Made by a program: the position numbers and the translations under genes. The notes beneath the pieces are model-generated. The model was not told the origin of the DNA. It searched no databases and worked only from the letters and a program-made list of their open reading frames with translations. Shown here one piece after another: positions 34,791 through 43,128 of a stretch of 62,103 nucleotides of DNA. Origin of the DNA: Anaerolineales bacterium (GTDB lineage Bacteria > Chloroflexota > Anaerolineae > Anaerolineales > UBA11858); NCBI GenBank assembly GCA_050049875.1, contig JASFVL010000002.1, forward strand, positions 1-62,103, read 5' to 3'. The first letter of the stretch is position 1; the number at the start of each line of letters is the position of its first letter.

Positions 34791-35438
34791 ATGTACATCG
34801 CAATCGAAGGCGCCATCGGCGTTGGTAAAACCACCCTGGCTCGACTTCTGCGCCCTGCGTTTGAAGCCAATTTGCTGCTCGAAGTCTTTGAGGAAAACCC
34901 CTTTTTAGCAGATTTCTACACGGACCGCGAACGCTTCGCTTTTCAAACCCAGATCTTTTTCCTGCTCAGCCGCTACCACCAGCAGCGGGCGGTGCCCGAG
35001 TTGTTGACAAGGGGCGCTCACCTGATCGCCGACTACACCTTCGATAAAGATGCCCTCTTCGCGGGTATCAACCTCGCCGGCGATGAATATGAAACCTACT
35101 ACCAGGTTCACCAGGCGCTGGCGGAGAAGATTCCATCCCCCGACCTGATCGTTTACCTGCGAGCCGACACCGAAGTGCTCATGCAGCGCATCGCGCTGCG
35201 CGACCGGCCTTACGAGCGTGAGATGGAGATCGCATACATTGACCAGCTCAACCGAGCCTATGAGGATTTCTTCGGTGAAGATCATCTCGGTGTGCCGGTC
35301 TTGGGTATGGACACAAACAATTTGAATTACGTCGCCGACCCCCAGAGCTTGAAGTGGGTGGAGAACCGCATCCGTCAGAGCTTGAAGCTGCCCCCCTTCC
35401 AGCGGGAACTGCCCTTGGAAGTTGAAGCGGGTAGCTAA
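34791..35438 (+). CDS. Deoxynucleoside kinase
   Basis: Trimmed to ATG 34791. P-loop MYIAIEGAIGVGKTTLARLL, then EENPFLADFY and the ERS-like motif FLLSRYHQ. Confidence 0.82.
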   Translation: MYIAIEGAIGVGKTTLARLLRPAFEANLLLEVFEENPFLADFYTDRERFAFQTQIFFLLSRYHQQRAVPELLTRGAHLIADYTFDKDALFAGINLAGDEYETYYQVHQALAEKIPSPDLIVYLRADTEVLMQRIALRDRPYEREMEIAYIDQLNRAYEDFFGEDHLGVPVLGMDTNNLNYVADPQSLKWVENRIRQSLKLPPFQRELPLEVEAGS

Positions 35439-35466
35439 TCTGCACGAGTAGAGCGGAGTCGATTCC

Positions 35467-36465
35467 ATGCGCGTCACCCCTGAAATCCTGACTAAAGTTG
35501 CCGAAGAGACCGTGAGAAAGCGCGCCCGTGCCGATCGCGGCTTGATCGCCGCATATCTGCACGGCTCTGTGCTCTATGAGAGACCACTTTTGGGGGGCGC
35601 CGGCGATGTAGACCTGGTTTTCATCCATAATCAAGCCCCTCAGGTAAACCGGGAGATCGTGCGCCTGACCGAACATGTGCACCTGGACATCGCCCATCAT
35701 TTTCAAGGGGATTATCGTGAGACGCGCGAGCTGCGTTTGCACCCCTGGTTGGGCCCCACCATTTGTGATGCCACAATCCTACACGACACGCGCCACTTCA
35801 TGGATTTCACCCAAGCCAGTGTGCGGGGGATGTTCCACCGCCCCGATATGGTGCTGGAGCGCGCTCAGGGACAGGCTGAACACGCCCGTCAAATCTGGTT
35901 GGGATACCAGTTCAACCCGCCCACCGCGGACCGTGAGGAGATCACTGCCTACCTAAAAGCGGTGGACCACGCTGTCAACGCCGTCGCCGGCCTGACGGGA
36001 GTGCCGCTTGCTGAACGCCGTTTTCTGCTTGAATTCCCAGCGCGCGCACAGACAGTGGGGCAGCCCGGATTGTACGCCGGGGCTCTAGGGTTGCTGGGGG
36101 GACCCAATGTGGACTCCCAGACCCTGGAAGGGTGGACTAATGAGTGGGGAGCGGCATTGGATGCTCTGGATGACTCGCGCCCCGTGCGACTGCATCCGCA
36201 CCGGCGAACGTATTACACGCGGGCGTTCGACTCCATACTGGCTTCAGAGCAGCCGCTGGATATGCTCTGGCCTTTAATGCGCACCTGGACGTTGGTGATC
36301 TGCTCTCTGTCTGATGAACACCCCGCTGTTACAGCTTGGCGGGAAGCCTGCCAGCAGCTGGGTTTGATGGGGGAGGCTTTCGCCGAACGCATTCAAGCCT
36401 TAGACGCCTATCTGGATTTGGTGGAGGAGACGCTAGAGGACTGGGGACGCCAACAAGGAGCTTAA
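35467..36465 (+). CDS. Hypothetical protein with minimal nucleotidyltransferase-fold signature
   Basis: 332 aa. HGSVLYERPLLGGAGDVDLVFIH fits the Pol-beta-type G[SG]-x(9-12)-DxD pattern. The remainder is not recognised. Starts 28 nt after the kinase gene. Confidence 0.5.
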   Translation: MRVTPEILTKVAEETVRKRARADRGLIAAYLHGSVLYERPLLGGAGDVDLVFIHNQAPQVNREIVRLTEHVHLDIAHHFQGDYRETRELRLHPWLGPTICDATILHDTRHFMDFTQASVRGMFHRPDMVLERAQGQAEHARQIWLGYQFNPPTADREEITAYLKAVDHAVNAVAGLTGVPLAERRFLLEFPARAQTVGQPGLYAGALGLLGGPNVDSQTLEGWTNEWGAALDALDDSRPVRLHPHRRTYYTRAFDSILASEQPLDMLWPLMRTWTLVICSLSDEHPAVTAWREACQQLGLMGEAFAERIQALDAYLDLVEETLEDWGRQQGA

Positions 36466-36577
36466 TGGGGGAGAAGTACGAAATACAAAATATATTGCAC
36501 TACATAATATAATTACAATATAATATGTAATTTGGATTGATGGTTGGGTCCTATTCCAGTTACGGCTTTAACTGACC

Positions 36578-37330
36578 TCAATCATCGAAGCGCGATTCAT
36601 CGAGCATGCGCCGTAAACGCTGCTCCTCGCTGGGCGCTTCCAGCGTACCCTGGCTTTCTTGAGCCAGGCGGGCCTCGGCTGCCTCCAGCTCGGCGGCGGA
36701 GGCTCTGGGGAGAATCCCCCATTTGCCACAGTGCGGGCAGCGCACCAGTTTGCCCACCATCAGGTTGGGCGACAAGAAATTTCGAGAGAAGGGGAAGCCG
36801 CAGCGCCGGCACACCGTCCCACCGGCCATACCATACTCACCCGGCTTGTGCTCCTTCTTGCGGCCAAACAGCGCGGAGCCCAAAGTGCCTACAACTGCTA
36901 GGACAGCGATGACCAGCAGGAGCGGCACCAGGATATTACGCACGTCATCCCAGGCGCGCTGCGAACTGATCATTTCCCGGCTGAACTGGTTGGAGCTGAT
37001 CTGCGAGCCGTCCGCCGTGTAGCCCTGGGCGGAGAAGGTGTGGGAGCCAACTGCGTAGCTGGCGGTATTGAATTGGTAGCGGTATGGGGCTTCTTCATCG
37101 GTTGCGACCACCTCGCCGTCGATCAAGAACTCCACGCGCACCAGGTCTTCTGGGCCTGTAGCCTTCAGGCTAAAGGTTCCCTGGATTCTGTTCCCACCGC
37201 CGTAGCCAAAATTCCTGGAAAGGCTTAAAACGAGCGCCTCGTCGGATTCTTGGGCGGCAGCGGGGAGCGCCAGCAGGATGAGCAGTAGCGCGACGATCAA
37301 TGAGGCGTAGGGTTTTATCTTATCTCTCAT
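36578..37330 (-). CDS. Membrane protein with extracellular Ig-like domain and cytoplasmic zinc ribbon
   Basis: 250 aa. Signal peptide, Ig-like segment VRVEFLIDGEVVATDEEAPYRYQFNTASYAVGSHTFSAQGY, a TM helix, and CRRCGF..CPHCGKWG. Confidence 0.6.
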   Translation of the reverse strand: MRDKIKPYASLIVALLLILLALPAAAQESDEALVLSLSRNFGYGGGNRIQGTFSLKATGPEDLVRVEFLIDGEVVATDEEAPYRYQFNTASYAVGSHTFSAQGYTADGSQISSNQFSREMISSQRAWDDVRNILVPLLLVIAVLAVVGTLGSALFGRKKEHKPGEYGMAGGTVCRRCGFPFSRNFLSPNLMVGKLVRCPHCGKWGILPRASAAELEAAEARLAQESQGTLEAPSEEQRLRRMLDESRFDD

Positions 37331-37571
37331 CTATTATGATGGCCTTAAAAAGGTGCTTCTAACCCCATTCTACCTTAGAAAGCAGGTTTTGGTTTTTTTT
37401 AGTGGATCTGTCTATGATTGCCTATCGGGGGCGTGTGCTGCCGGGCGGCGTGAACCTGAAACAACCTTTGCACGTAACCTTTTGTGATTTTTCGCGCCGT
37501 GTACCCTCGGGCGTCAGCCCGGTCAGCACCACGCGGGGTTGTGCGGCATTTTGTCTCGTTTGATACACAGT

Positions 37572-38114
37572 CTAACTCTCTCGAATAAAGTATAGAAGAC
37601 TATCTTGTACTCGATACATTAGCGGGGCCACAATGACTTTCGGATATCGCAATCGAAGCCGATTGGTCTCACTCTTTACAAATTCGATCTCGCTTCCGAT
37701 TTCAAACATCGGCACATAATGCCAAAAATGTTCTTCGGCTCTCTGCTTTTCCCAACCCCCATTCTCTACCAATCCTTGGACGAATTGCTTTCTTTTCGAG
37801 TTCAGGTTTACCATCCCACATTGATTGTGACCAATAAGTGCCAGTGCTTTGACCCCTCCCACTGCAATCGCATAGGATACTTTGAACTCACTATATCGCA
37901 AATTCGCACCCCCTGTCCGAATGATATAGGCAAAATTATCCGGCAATCGCAATCGCTTGCGATGATCCATGCACATCCCAATCAACAGTGCTGCCTTGTT
38001 GTATTCGTCCAGTGGTCGGCCTAAATTATGATATTCCAACAATGAACTGATTGGTGTATTCCGATAGGCTGATTTGATATCTTCTGTTTTCTCAACTGCT
38101 TCTAATTGATCCAT
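37572..38114 (-). CDS. Beta-class carbonic anhydrase-like protein
   Basis: 180 aa. Zinc-ligand pattern CMDHR ... GHNQCG (CxDxR / HxxC). Visibly AT-richer than the flanking genes. Confidence 0.6.
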   Translation of the reverse strand: MDQLEAVEKTEDIKSAYRNTPISSLLEYHNLGRPLDEYNKAALLIGMCMDHRKRLRLPDNFAYIIRTGGANLRYSEFKVSYAIAVGGVKALALIGHNQCGMVNLNSKRKQFVQGLVENGGWEKQRAEEHFWHYVPMFEIGSEIEFVKSETNRLRLRYPKVIVAPLMYRVQDSLLYFIRES

Positions 38115-38167
38115 AGAATTTCAGATTTCATTCTCTCCAGATACTTGCCTTTTGCCGCACAACGGGC

Positions 38168-38965
38168 TTATTTCCAGCGCGTTAGGATCGTCTCACGTTG
38201 GAAGAGTTGGGTAGCGAAGGCCAGCAGCCCGGCGTCGATGACCAGCAATCCAGCCGCCATCCACAGGATCAGGCTTTCGTTGACGAAAATCAGGCCGGTG
38301 GATTGCCCGATGAACAAGCCGATCAGCGGAAGTACGAAGAGCGCTGAGATTTGTTCAGCCACGCGCGGGTCGTTCACCCGCGAGGAGATCATCACCGCGA
38401 TGCTGACGGCGGCGATGGAGAGTAGCGGCCCGACCACGAATACTGCCGTCAGCCAGAGGGGATTGAAGAGCTTGCTCAACACCTTAGGGCTGACGGCCAA
38501 CAGGCGCGTTCCGATGGCGTAGAGCGCAAAGCTGAGCCAAGTGGCTCCCACCGCCGGGATGGTCGCCGCCAGGGCTTTACCGGTCAGTAGTTCCATTGTG
38601 GTGATGGGTGTGGCGAGCAGTGGCTCCAGGGTGCGGGTGGTTTTTTCCCCCACGATGCTGTAGGAGGCGAAAGTGATCGGGACAATCATCGGCACCAGCA
38701 TGAAGAGCAGCATGAACTGGGTAACGATGAAGTACTGCATGCATTCGCTGCCGCTCAACCCCCCGCACAACTCGGTGAACTGCGGGGGCATGTCCGTCCC
38801 GGAGATGCCAGCTAAATCGCCCGAGGTGCCGCTGAAATAGAGTATCACGAGGGGCAGCACGGTGAAAAGCAGGGGTAGAAAAGCCACGGTAAAAAAAACA
38901 AACCGGTTTTTGAAAACCTCCCCCCATTCTTTGCGCACCAGAACCCATATTTTTCTCATCGTCAT
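38168..38965 (-). CDS. ABC-2 type transporter permease
   Basis: 265 aa with about 6 TM helices. Its start overlaps the stop of the upstream ATPase gene by 4 nt. Confidence 0.8.
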   Translation of the reverse strand: MTMRKIWVLVRKEWGEVFKNRFVFFTVAFLPLLFTVLPLVILYFSGTSGDLAGISGTDMPPQFTELCGGLSGSECMQYFIVTQFMLLFMLVPMIVPITFASYSIVGEKTTRTLEPLLATPITTMELLTGKALAATIPAVGATWLSFALYAIGTRLLAVSPKVLSKLFNPLWLTAVFVVGPLLSIAAVSIAVMISSRVNDPRVAEQISALFVLPLIGLFIGQSTGLIFVNESLILWMAAGLLVIDAGLLAFATQLFQRETILTRWK

Positions 38966-39897
38966 TTCACCAGTTGCAGATAAACATCTTCTAACCTGCG
39001 GCGTAGTTCGCCCAGGAATTGGATTTCAGCGCCAGTTTCCACCAAGGCTCGCACCAGGATGGGGTTGTTGCCCTCGGGATCCTCCAGTGTGACCACCAGT
39101 TTGTCCTCCACGGCTTCAACATTTTGAACGAAGTCATAGCCGCGGATGATCTCAGCAAGCTCCGCATTCGCTTCGCGCAAGTGGAAAACCACCGCCCGCC
39201 CGTACAGCTTGCGCCGCAGGGCTGTGGGTGTGTCCAGCGCTACCAAATGGGTTTTAAAGACCGCGATGCGGTCGCATAGGCGGTCAGCTTCGTCCAGATT
39301 GTGTGTGCACATCACGATGGAGCGCCCCTCGCGCTTCAGCTCGGCGATGAACTCGCGCACCAGGCGAGCCGCTTCGGGGTCCAGGCCGCTGGTTGGTTCA
39401 TCCAAAAAAAGCACTTTCGGCTCGTGCAGCAGGGCGCGGGCGATGGCTAGTTTCTGGCGCATACCTTTGGAGAAGGTGCCCACAGCTTCGTAGCGCCGCT
39501 CCCACAGCCCGAGCATGCGCAGATAGCGCTCAACCTGGCCGGGGATGTCGGCTACCTCGTACATCTCGGCGAAAAAAGACAGGTTACGCTCGGCGCTGAG
39601 CTGGTCGTAGAGGCCTGGCGCTTCGGTCAGGATACCCACAATGCGGCGGATCTGGCGATCTTGCGCGCCGATTTTGTAGCCGGAGACCCAGGCGTCGCCG
39701 TTTGTGGGGGCGATCAGCGCGCTGAGCATGCGGATGGTGGTGGTTTTACCCGCCCCGTTGGGCCCCAGTAAGCCAAAAATCTCACCGGCGCGCACGCTGA
39801 GCGTCAAGCGGTCGACCGCCAGCACCTTGCCGAAGGATTTGCTGAGCTCCTTAAGGACGATCATCTCGTTATTGTGTGACGTTGAAATCTCAGACAT
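38962..39897 (-). CDS. ABC transporter ATP-binding protein
   Basis: Trimmed to ATG 39897. Walker A GPNGAGKTT, signature FSKGMRQKL, Walker B VLFLDEPTSGLD. Confidence 0.92.
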   Translation of the reverse strand: MSEISTSHNNEMIVLKELSKSFGKVLAVDRLTLSVRAGEIFGLLGPNGAGKTTTIRMLSALIAPTNGDAWVSGYKIGAQDRQIRRIVGILTEAPGLYDQLSAERNLSFFAEMYEVADIPGQVERYLRMLGLWERRYEAVGTFSKGMRQKLAIARALLHEPKVLFLDEPTSGLDPEAARLVREFIAELKREGRSIVMCTHNLDEADRLCDRIAVFKTHLVALDTPTALRRKLYGRAVVFHLREANAELAEIIRGYDFVQNVEAVEDKLVVTLEDPEGNNPILVRALVETGAEIQFLGELRRRLEDVYLQLVK

Positions 39898-39926
39898 AGT
39901 CAATATCCGGAAAAGACGCAATGCGC

Positions 39927-40787
39927 CTAAGTATACCTGCTGTCCTCCAGATTCTCCAGGGTGGGTTCGGGCGGTTGGATTTTGATCGCGGTTCGTTCAG
40001 CTGGCGGGGGTGCTTGCTGAACCGGTTTCTCAGGGTCACGCAGCAGGAAGATCAGCGTTAGGCTGGCCAGCCCAAACGCTGTAATCAGCAACTCGGCGAT
40101 ATAAACGTTCCAGTTTTGAACGGCGAAGACCCCCACGGCGTTGATTGCGGTATGCCAGCCAATCGCGGCACCCAGCCAAAGCGGGTTGCGCCGGGTGATG
40201 GATCGCAACACCAGAACAGCCGCGCTGAGGTGGAAGAGCAGGGCGGCAGCGCGCTCCACTGCGCCCAGCAGGGCCGCGTACCACGGAGCTCCCCAATAGG
40301 CTTCCAATTGCAAGCGGGCGAGTTCGACGCTCTCCGGCGGGTAGATGGCGCTGAGGTCCACCCCACGCAGCGAGAGCGCCTGAACCAATGCGTAGAGCGC
40401 CAAACCCCCTAGGATCACGGCTTCGATACCCCCGTGCCCCGCCCCGAACATCAGCCCAGCTCCCCACGAACGGGCCTCCTTAACACCGAAGCGGTAAACA
40501 AGATAGCGGAAGGATTCCTCAAAGAGACCGGCGGACAACCCGTAGAGCAGGGCTAAGAGAGCCAAGGGCCATCCGGCGCGGGCTTCTGCCAACCCGAGAG
40601 AGCGCACTGCTGGCGCTAGCACCCAGGCGTTGAAGGGAATGTGGAGCACTTGGGAGGCCACAAAGGTCAGCGCTCCAACGCCGTACAAGCGCCATTCGGC
40701 CTTCAGCCGGCGGGCTAGATAGACGCCCAGCGCCAGCGGCATGGCGACTATCAAGGAGGCGTTGAGAATGCGAGCGGCGATGTCCAT
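39927..40787 (-). CDS. YhfC/CPBP-like intramembrane glutamic protease family protein
   Basis: 286 aa, polytopic. Motifs GLFEESFRYLVYRF (EExxR-type) and GAGHGGIEAV. First gene of the ABC operon. Confidence 0.6.
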   Translation of the reverse strand: MDIAARILNASLIVAMPLALGVYLARRLKAEWRLYGVGALTFVASQVLHIPFNAWVLAPAVRSLGLAEARAGWPLALLALLYGLSAGLFEESFRYLVYRFGVKEARSWGAGLMFGAGHGGIEAVILGGLALYALVQALSLRGVDLSAIYPPESVELARLQLEAYWGAPWYAALLGAVERAAALLFHLSAAVLVLRSITRRNPLWLGAAIGWHTAINAVGVFAVQNWNVYIAELLITAFGLASLTLIFLLRDPEKPVQQAPPPAERTAIKIQPPEPTLENLEDSRYT

Positions 40788-40831
40788 AGCTTTTGAAACA
40801 AGTATTATCTAATCACAGTTTACCAGCATAG

Positions 40832-40851
40832 CATGTTTCACGTGAAACATG
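40832..40851. promoter_or_regulatory. Perfect 20-bp palindrome CATGTTTCACGTGAAACATG
   Basis: Lies 45 nt upstream of the yhfC-like start. Its 14-bp core recurs at 40927-40940. Confidence 0.5.
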
Positions 40852-40926
40852 ACAAGTCTTGAGTTGGATTGAATACTGAAAAGTTTATTGTCTCTAATCC
40901 GTTTTCCGGATTAAACGCTGCTTCCC

Positions 40927-40940
40927 GTTTCACGTGAAAC
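40927..40940. promoter_or_regulatory. Second copy of palindrome GTTTCACGTGAAAC
   Basis: Centre-to-centre distance to the first copy is 92 bp. Confidence 0.5.
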
Positions 40941-40965
40941 ACCCAAGAATGGTAAAAAAAGCTGC

Positions 40966-41193
40966 TTACCATTCCCAACCGGGCCGGCTGCGCCGTCGCC
41001 GCTCTGTGCTGCTCAACGGGCGTTTGGCGACGACGCGAATCTTGTTACTGCCCGAGGCTTGGAAAACGCTGATCGCTTCCCAGCCCTCTTCGCCCCATTC
41101 ATTCAACACGCTCTCAAGTTCCTCTTCTTTTGGGCTCCGCAACGCGGAGCCGAACATCTCGACGCGGTACTCCCATTGGATCGCTTTGGTCAT
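40966..41193 (-). CDS. DUF4177 domain-containing protein
   Basis: 75 aa. Begins WEYRVEMFG..EEELESVLNEWGEEGWEAISVF. Confidence 0.72.
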   Translation of the reverse strand: MTKAIQWEYRVEMFGSALRSPKEEELESVLNEWGEEGWEAISVFQASGSNKIRVVAKRPLSSTERRRRSRPGWEW

Positions 41194-41215
41194 ACTTTGG
41201 ATCCTCCAAAAAATT

Positions 41216-41265
41216 CCAGAATTTACTCAGTTGGGGACACCCTTACCCTTGATCTGCGTAAGTCC
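41216..41265 (-). repeat. Gene-proximal dispersed element, copy S1
   Basis: The reverse complement reads GGACTTACGCAGATCAAGGGTAAGGGTGTCCCCAACTGAGTAAATTCTGG. It ends 22 nt upstream of the DUF4177 ATG. Confidence 0.6.
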
Positions 41266-41316
41266 TAATCTCATTATCTTGTGGATGCTGCCCGCCTCAT
41301 TGTTAGGCGGTGGTGA

Positions 41317-41496
41317 TCATTTCGTCAAACGGCGCAGGCCGCCTCCCAGCAAGATGATGGTCGCGGCGGCACCGCCTCCAAGGATAATCAACAATTTGGA
41401 TTTGTAAGCTGTGCCGTTCAGGATGCTGGAAGCGGCAAGAATCACGCTTGCCCACACCAAGGCAACAGCAAGGATTAAGATTCTTATCCGTTTCAT
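41317..41496 (-). CDS. Small two-helix membrane protein (59 aa, below ORF-track cutoff)
   Basis: Translated by hand as MKRIRILILAVALVWASVILAASSILNGTAYKSKLLIILGGGAAATIILLGGGLRRLTK. Starts 19 nt downstream of the SPFH gene stop. A hairpin CCGCCT-AACAATG-AGGCGG follows its stop. Confidence 0.4.
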   Translation of the reverse strand: MKRIRILILAVALVWASVILAASSILNGTAYKSKLLIILGGGAAATIILLGGGLRRLTK

Positions 41497-41515
41497 GATG
41501 AAAGTCCTGATACGT

Positions 41516-42469
41516 TTACTCTTCCGGGTGTTGATGGGTTAGACCCTTAGCTCCAGCCGCCATCGCGGTGGTACCCATCAGGCCTCCCAGATTCATGGTG
41601 TCCACCGCACTGCTGGGTACGATCACCATGGCGCCTTTCTCTTTCAACCCCTCGAAGAGCATGTTCATCGCCCGCAGGTGCAAGGCGGTGGGGTTATCGG
41701 CATAAGCTTTGGAGGCCTCGGAGAAGGAATCGGCGATCTGTTTTTCGGATTCGCCTAAGATCACTCGCGCCTGGCGCTCGCGCTCGGCTTGTGCTTGGCG
41801 GGACATGGTGTCCTCCAATTCCTGGGGGATGACGATGTCGCGAATTTCCACCGACTGCACCGAGACACCCCAGGGGGTGGTGCGCTCGTCGATGATCCTC
41901 TGCAGGTCGGCGTCCATCCTGGCGCGCCCCACCAGGATATCGGCCAGGTCCATCTGCCCGATGATCTCTCGTAGGGCGGTCTGGGCGGCCCAGGCGATGG
42001 CGGACCTGTACTCCTCCACCTCCAGGGCGGCTTTCTCGGCGTCCCAGACCATCCAGAAAAGCACCGCGTCTACGTCTACCGGTACGGTGTCCTTGGTGAG
42101 CGTCTTCTCGGCGCTGAAGGGCGTCACCATCACGCGGTGGTCGATCCACGCCGGAACCCTGTCCACAACCGGCACGATCCAGAATAGACCGGGCCCGAAC
42201 AAGCCGCGGTAGCGCCCGAGGCGCAGCACGACGCTCTTTTCCCACTGGTCGGCGATTTTCAGAGCGAACAAGAGGTACAGGCCGATCAGAACCATGATGG
42301 TCATATAGGCGACGCTCAGTCCAATGTTTACTTCACTGATGAGCAGCAAGAACCCGCCAACGAACGCCAGCAGGGTAAAAATGCTGAACAGGATAGCAGC
42401 AACGCCGTTCACGCGCAGGTTGGTGTCCATGCCTTCGAATTGATTTATTTGGGCTTTGATCCTTTTCAT
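41516..42469 (-). CDS. SPFH/band 7 (stomatin-like) family protein
   Basis: 317 aa with N-terminal TM helices, EKSVVLRLGRY, an SPFH core and a coiled-coil QAERERQARV. Confidence 0.9.
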   Translation of the reverse strand: MKRIKAQINQFEGMDTNLRVNGVAAILFSIFTLLAFVGGFLLLISEVNIGLSVAYMTIMVLIGLYLLFALKIADQWEKSVVLRLGRYRGLFGPGLFWIVPVVDRVPAWIDHRVMVTPFSAEKTLTKDTVPVDVDAVLFWMVWDAEKAALEVEEYRSAIAWAAQTALREIIGQMDLADILVGRARMDADLQRIIDERTTPWGVSVQSVEIRDIVIPQELEDTMSRQAQAERERQARVILGESEKQIADSFSEASKAYADNPTALHLRAMNMLFEGLKEKGAMVIVPSSAVDTMNLGGLMGTTAMAAGAKGLTHQHPEE

Positions 42470-42593
42470 AGCTAACCTCTTTTAACAAACAATCTTAATG
42501 GTGGGTGAGAATTCTTTTGTATGGTTACGCCGCAGCGCAGCGTGTCTCGTCGACAAGCCAATCTCTTCGTGCAGTTGGGTGCGAAACGGGTTT

Positions 42594-43007
42594 CTAGCCC
42601 TCGTGTTCCGGCGGGGGTGAGCCGCGTTCGAGCCACTGGTTGAGGTAGCGTTCGAAAATTTCGCGCACCTCTGCGGCGGAGTGGTCCAGTTGAGCCGCTT
42701 CGTTCAGGTAGTGGCGGGTGAGCCACTTCAAATCTTGGCGGCGCAGCCTGTCTGAACTTTCTTCGGAGGGACGGGGCAGGATGTAGGTGCCGCGGCCGTG
42801 TTGGGTGGAGATCAAGCCTTCTTCATCCAGCAGGCGATAAGCGCGCGCCACAGTGTTGAAATTCACTCTTAGGTCTGCCGCCAATTGGCGAACGGTGGGA
42901 AGTTGGTCGTCAGGTTGCAAAGCGCCCGTGGCGACTAGGTGTTTAATTTGGTCCATAATCTGCACGTAGATTGGGATACCTGAGCGCAGGTCTACTTCAA
43001 TTCGCAT
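42594..43007 (-). CDS. GntR family (short, YtrA-like) transcriptional regulator
   Basis: 137 aa. Begins IPIYVQIMDQIKHLVATGALQPDDQLPTVRQLAADLRVNFNTVARAYRLLDEEGLI. Confidence 0.88.
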   Translation of the reverse strand: MRIEVDLRSGIPIYVQIMDQIKHLVATGALQPDDQLPTVRQLAADLRVNFNTVARAYRLLDEEGLISTQHGRGTYILPRPSEESSDRLRRQDLKWLTRHYLNEAAQLDHSAAEVREIFERYLNQWLERGSPPPEHEG

Positions 43008-43080
43008 GTCTCCGGCTCGTCAGGGAAGTCGTTTTCTGGATTTTTTAGAGATTTGGGGATCATTGTGGCTCCCTTTGATA

Positions 43081-43128
43081 ATTGTATTATTGTACGATTG
43101 TATAATTGTATCTTTGTATAATTGTATA
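43081..43128. repeat. Six tandem 8-bp units (ATTGTATN)x6
   Basis: attgtatt attgtacg attgtata attgtatc tttgtata attgtata, starting every 8 bp from 43081 to 43121. The array contains two TATAAT hexamers and a GTATAC palindrome. Confidence 0.75.

Noticed and set aside
34221-34908. Plus- and minus-strand alternative ORFs overlapping ssb (34221-34580, 34295-34561, 34324-34722, 34561-34908)
   Set aside because: The ssb frame carries unmistakable SSB motifs. The alternatives are out-of-frame or antisense and low-complexity.
36490-36540. AT-rich imperfect palindrome (…ACATAATATAATTACAATATAATATGT…) considered as an operator or origin element
   Set aside because: It is only imperfectly symmetric. It lies between two convergent gene ends, so it is most simply a low-complexity transcription-termination region with no further supporting signal.
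40934-41407. 157-aa plus-strand ORF
   Set aside because: It is antisense to the DUF4177 gene and to the 59-aa membrane ORF. Its Ser/Pro/Leu-rich sequence has no motifs.
41694-42245. 183-aa minus-strand and 167-aa plus-strand ORFs inside the SPFH gene
   Set aside because: They are alternative-frame or antisense shadows with extremely Arg/Gly/Pro-rich or Ser-rich compositions.
43081-43128. Possible CRISPR array or minisatellite
   Set aside because: The units are only 8 bp long and contiguous, with no spacers. No cas genes lie nearby, so this is not CRISPR.
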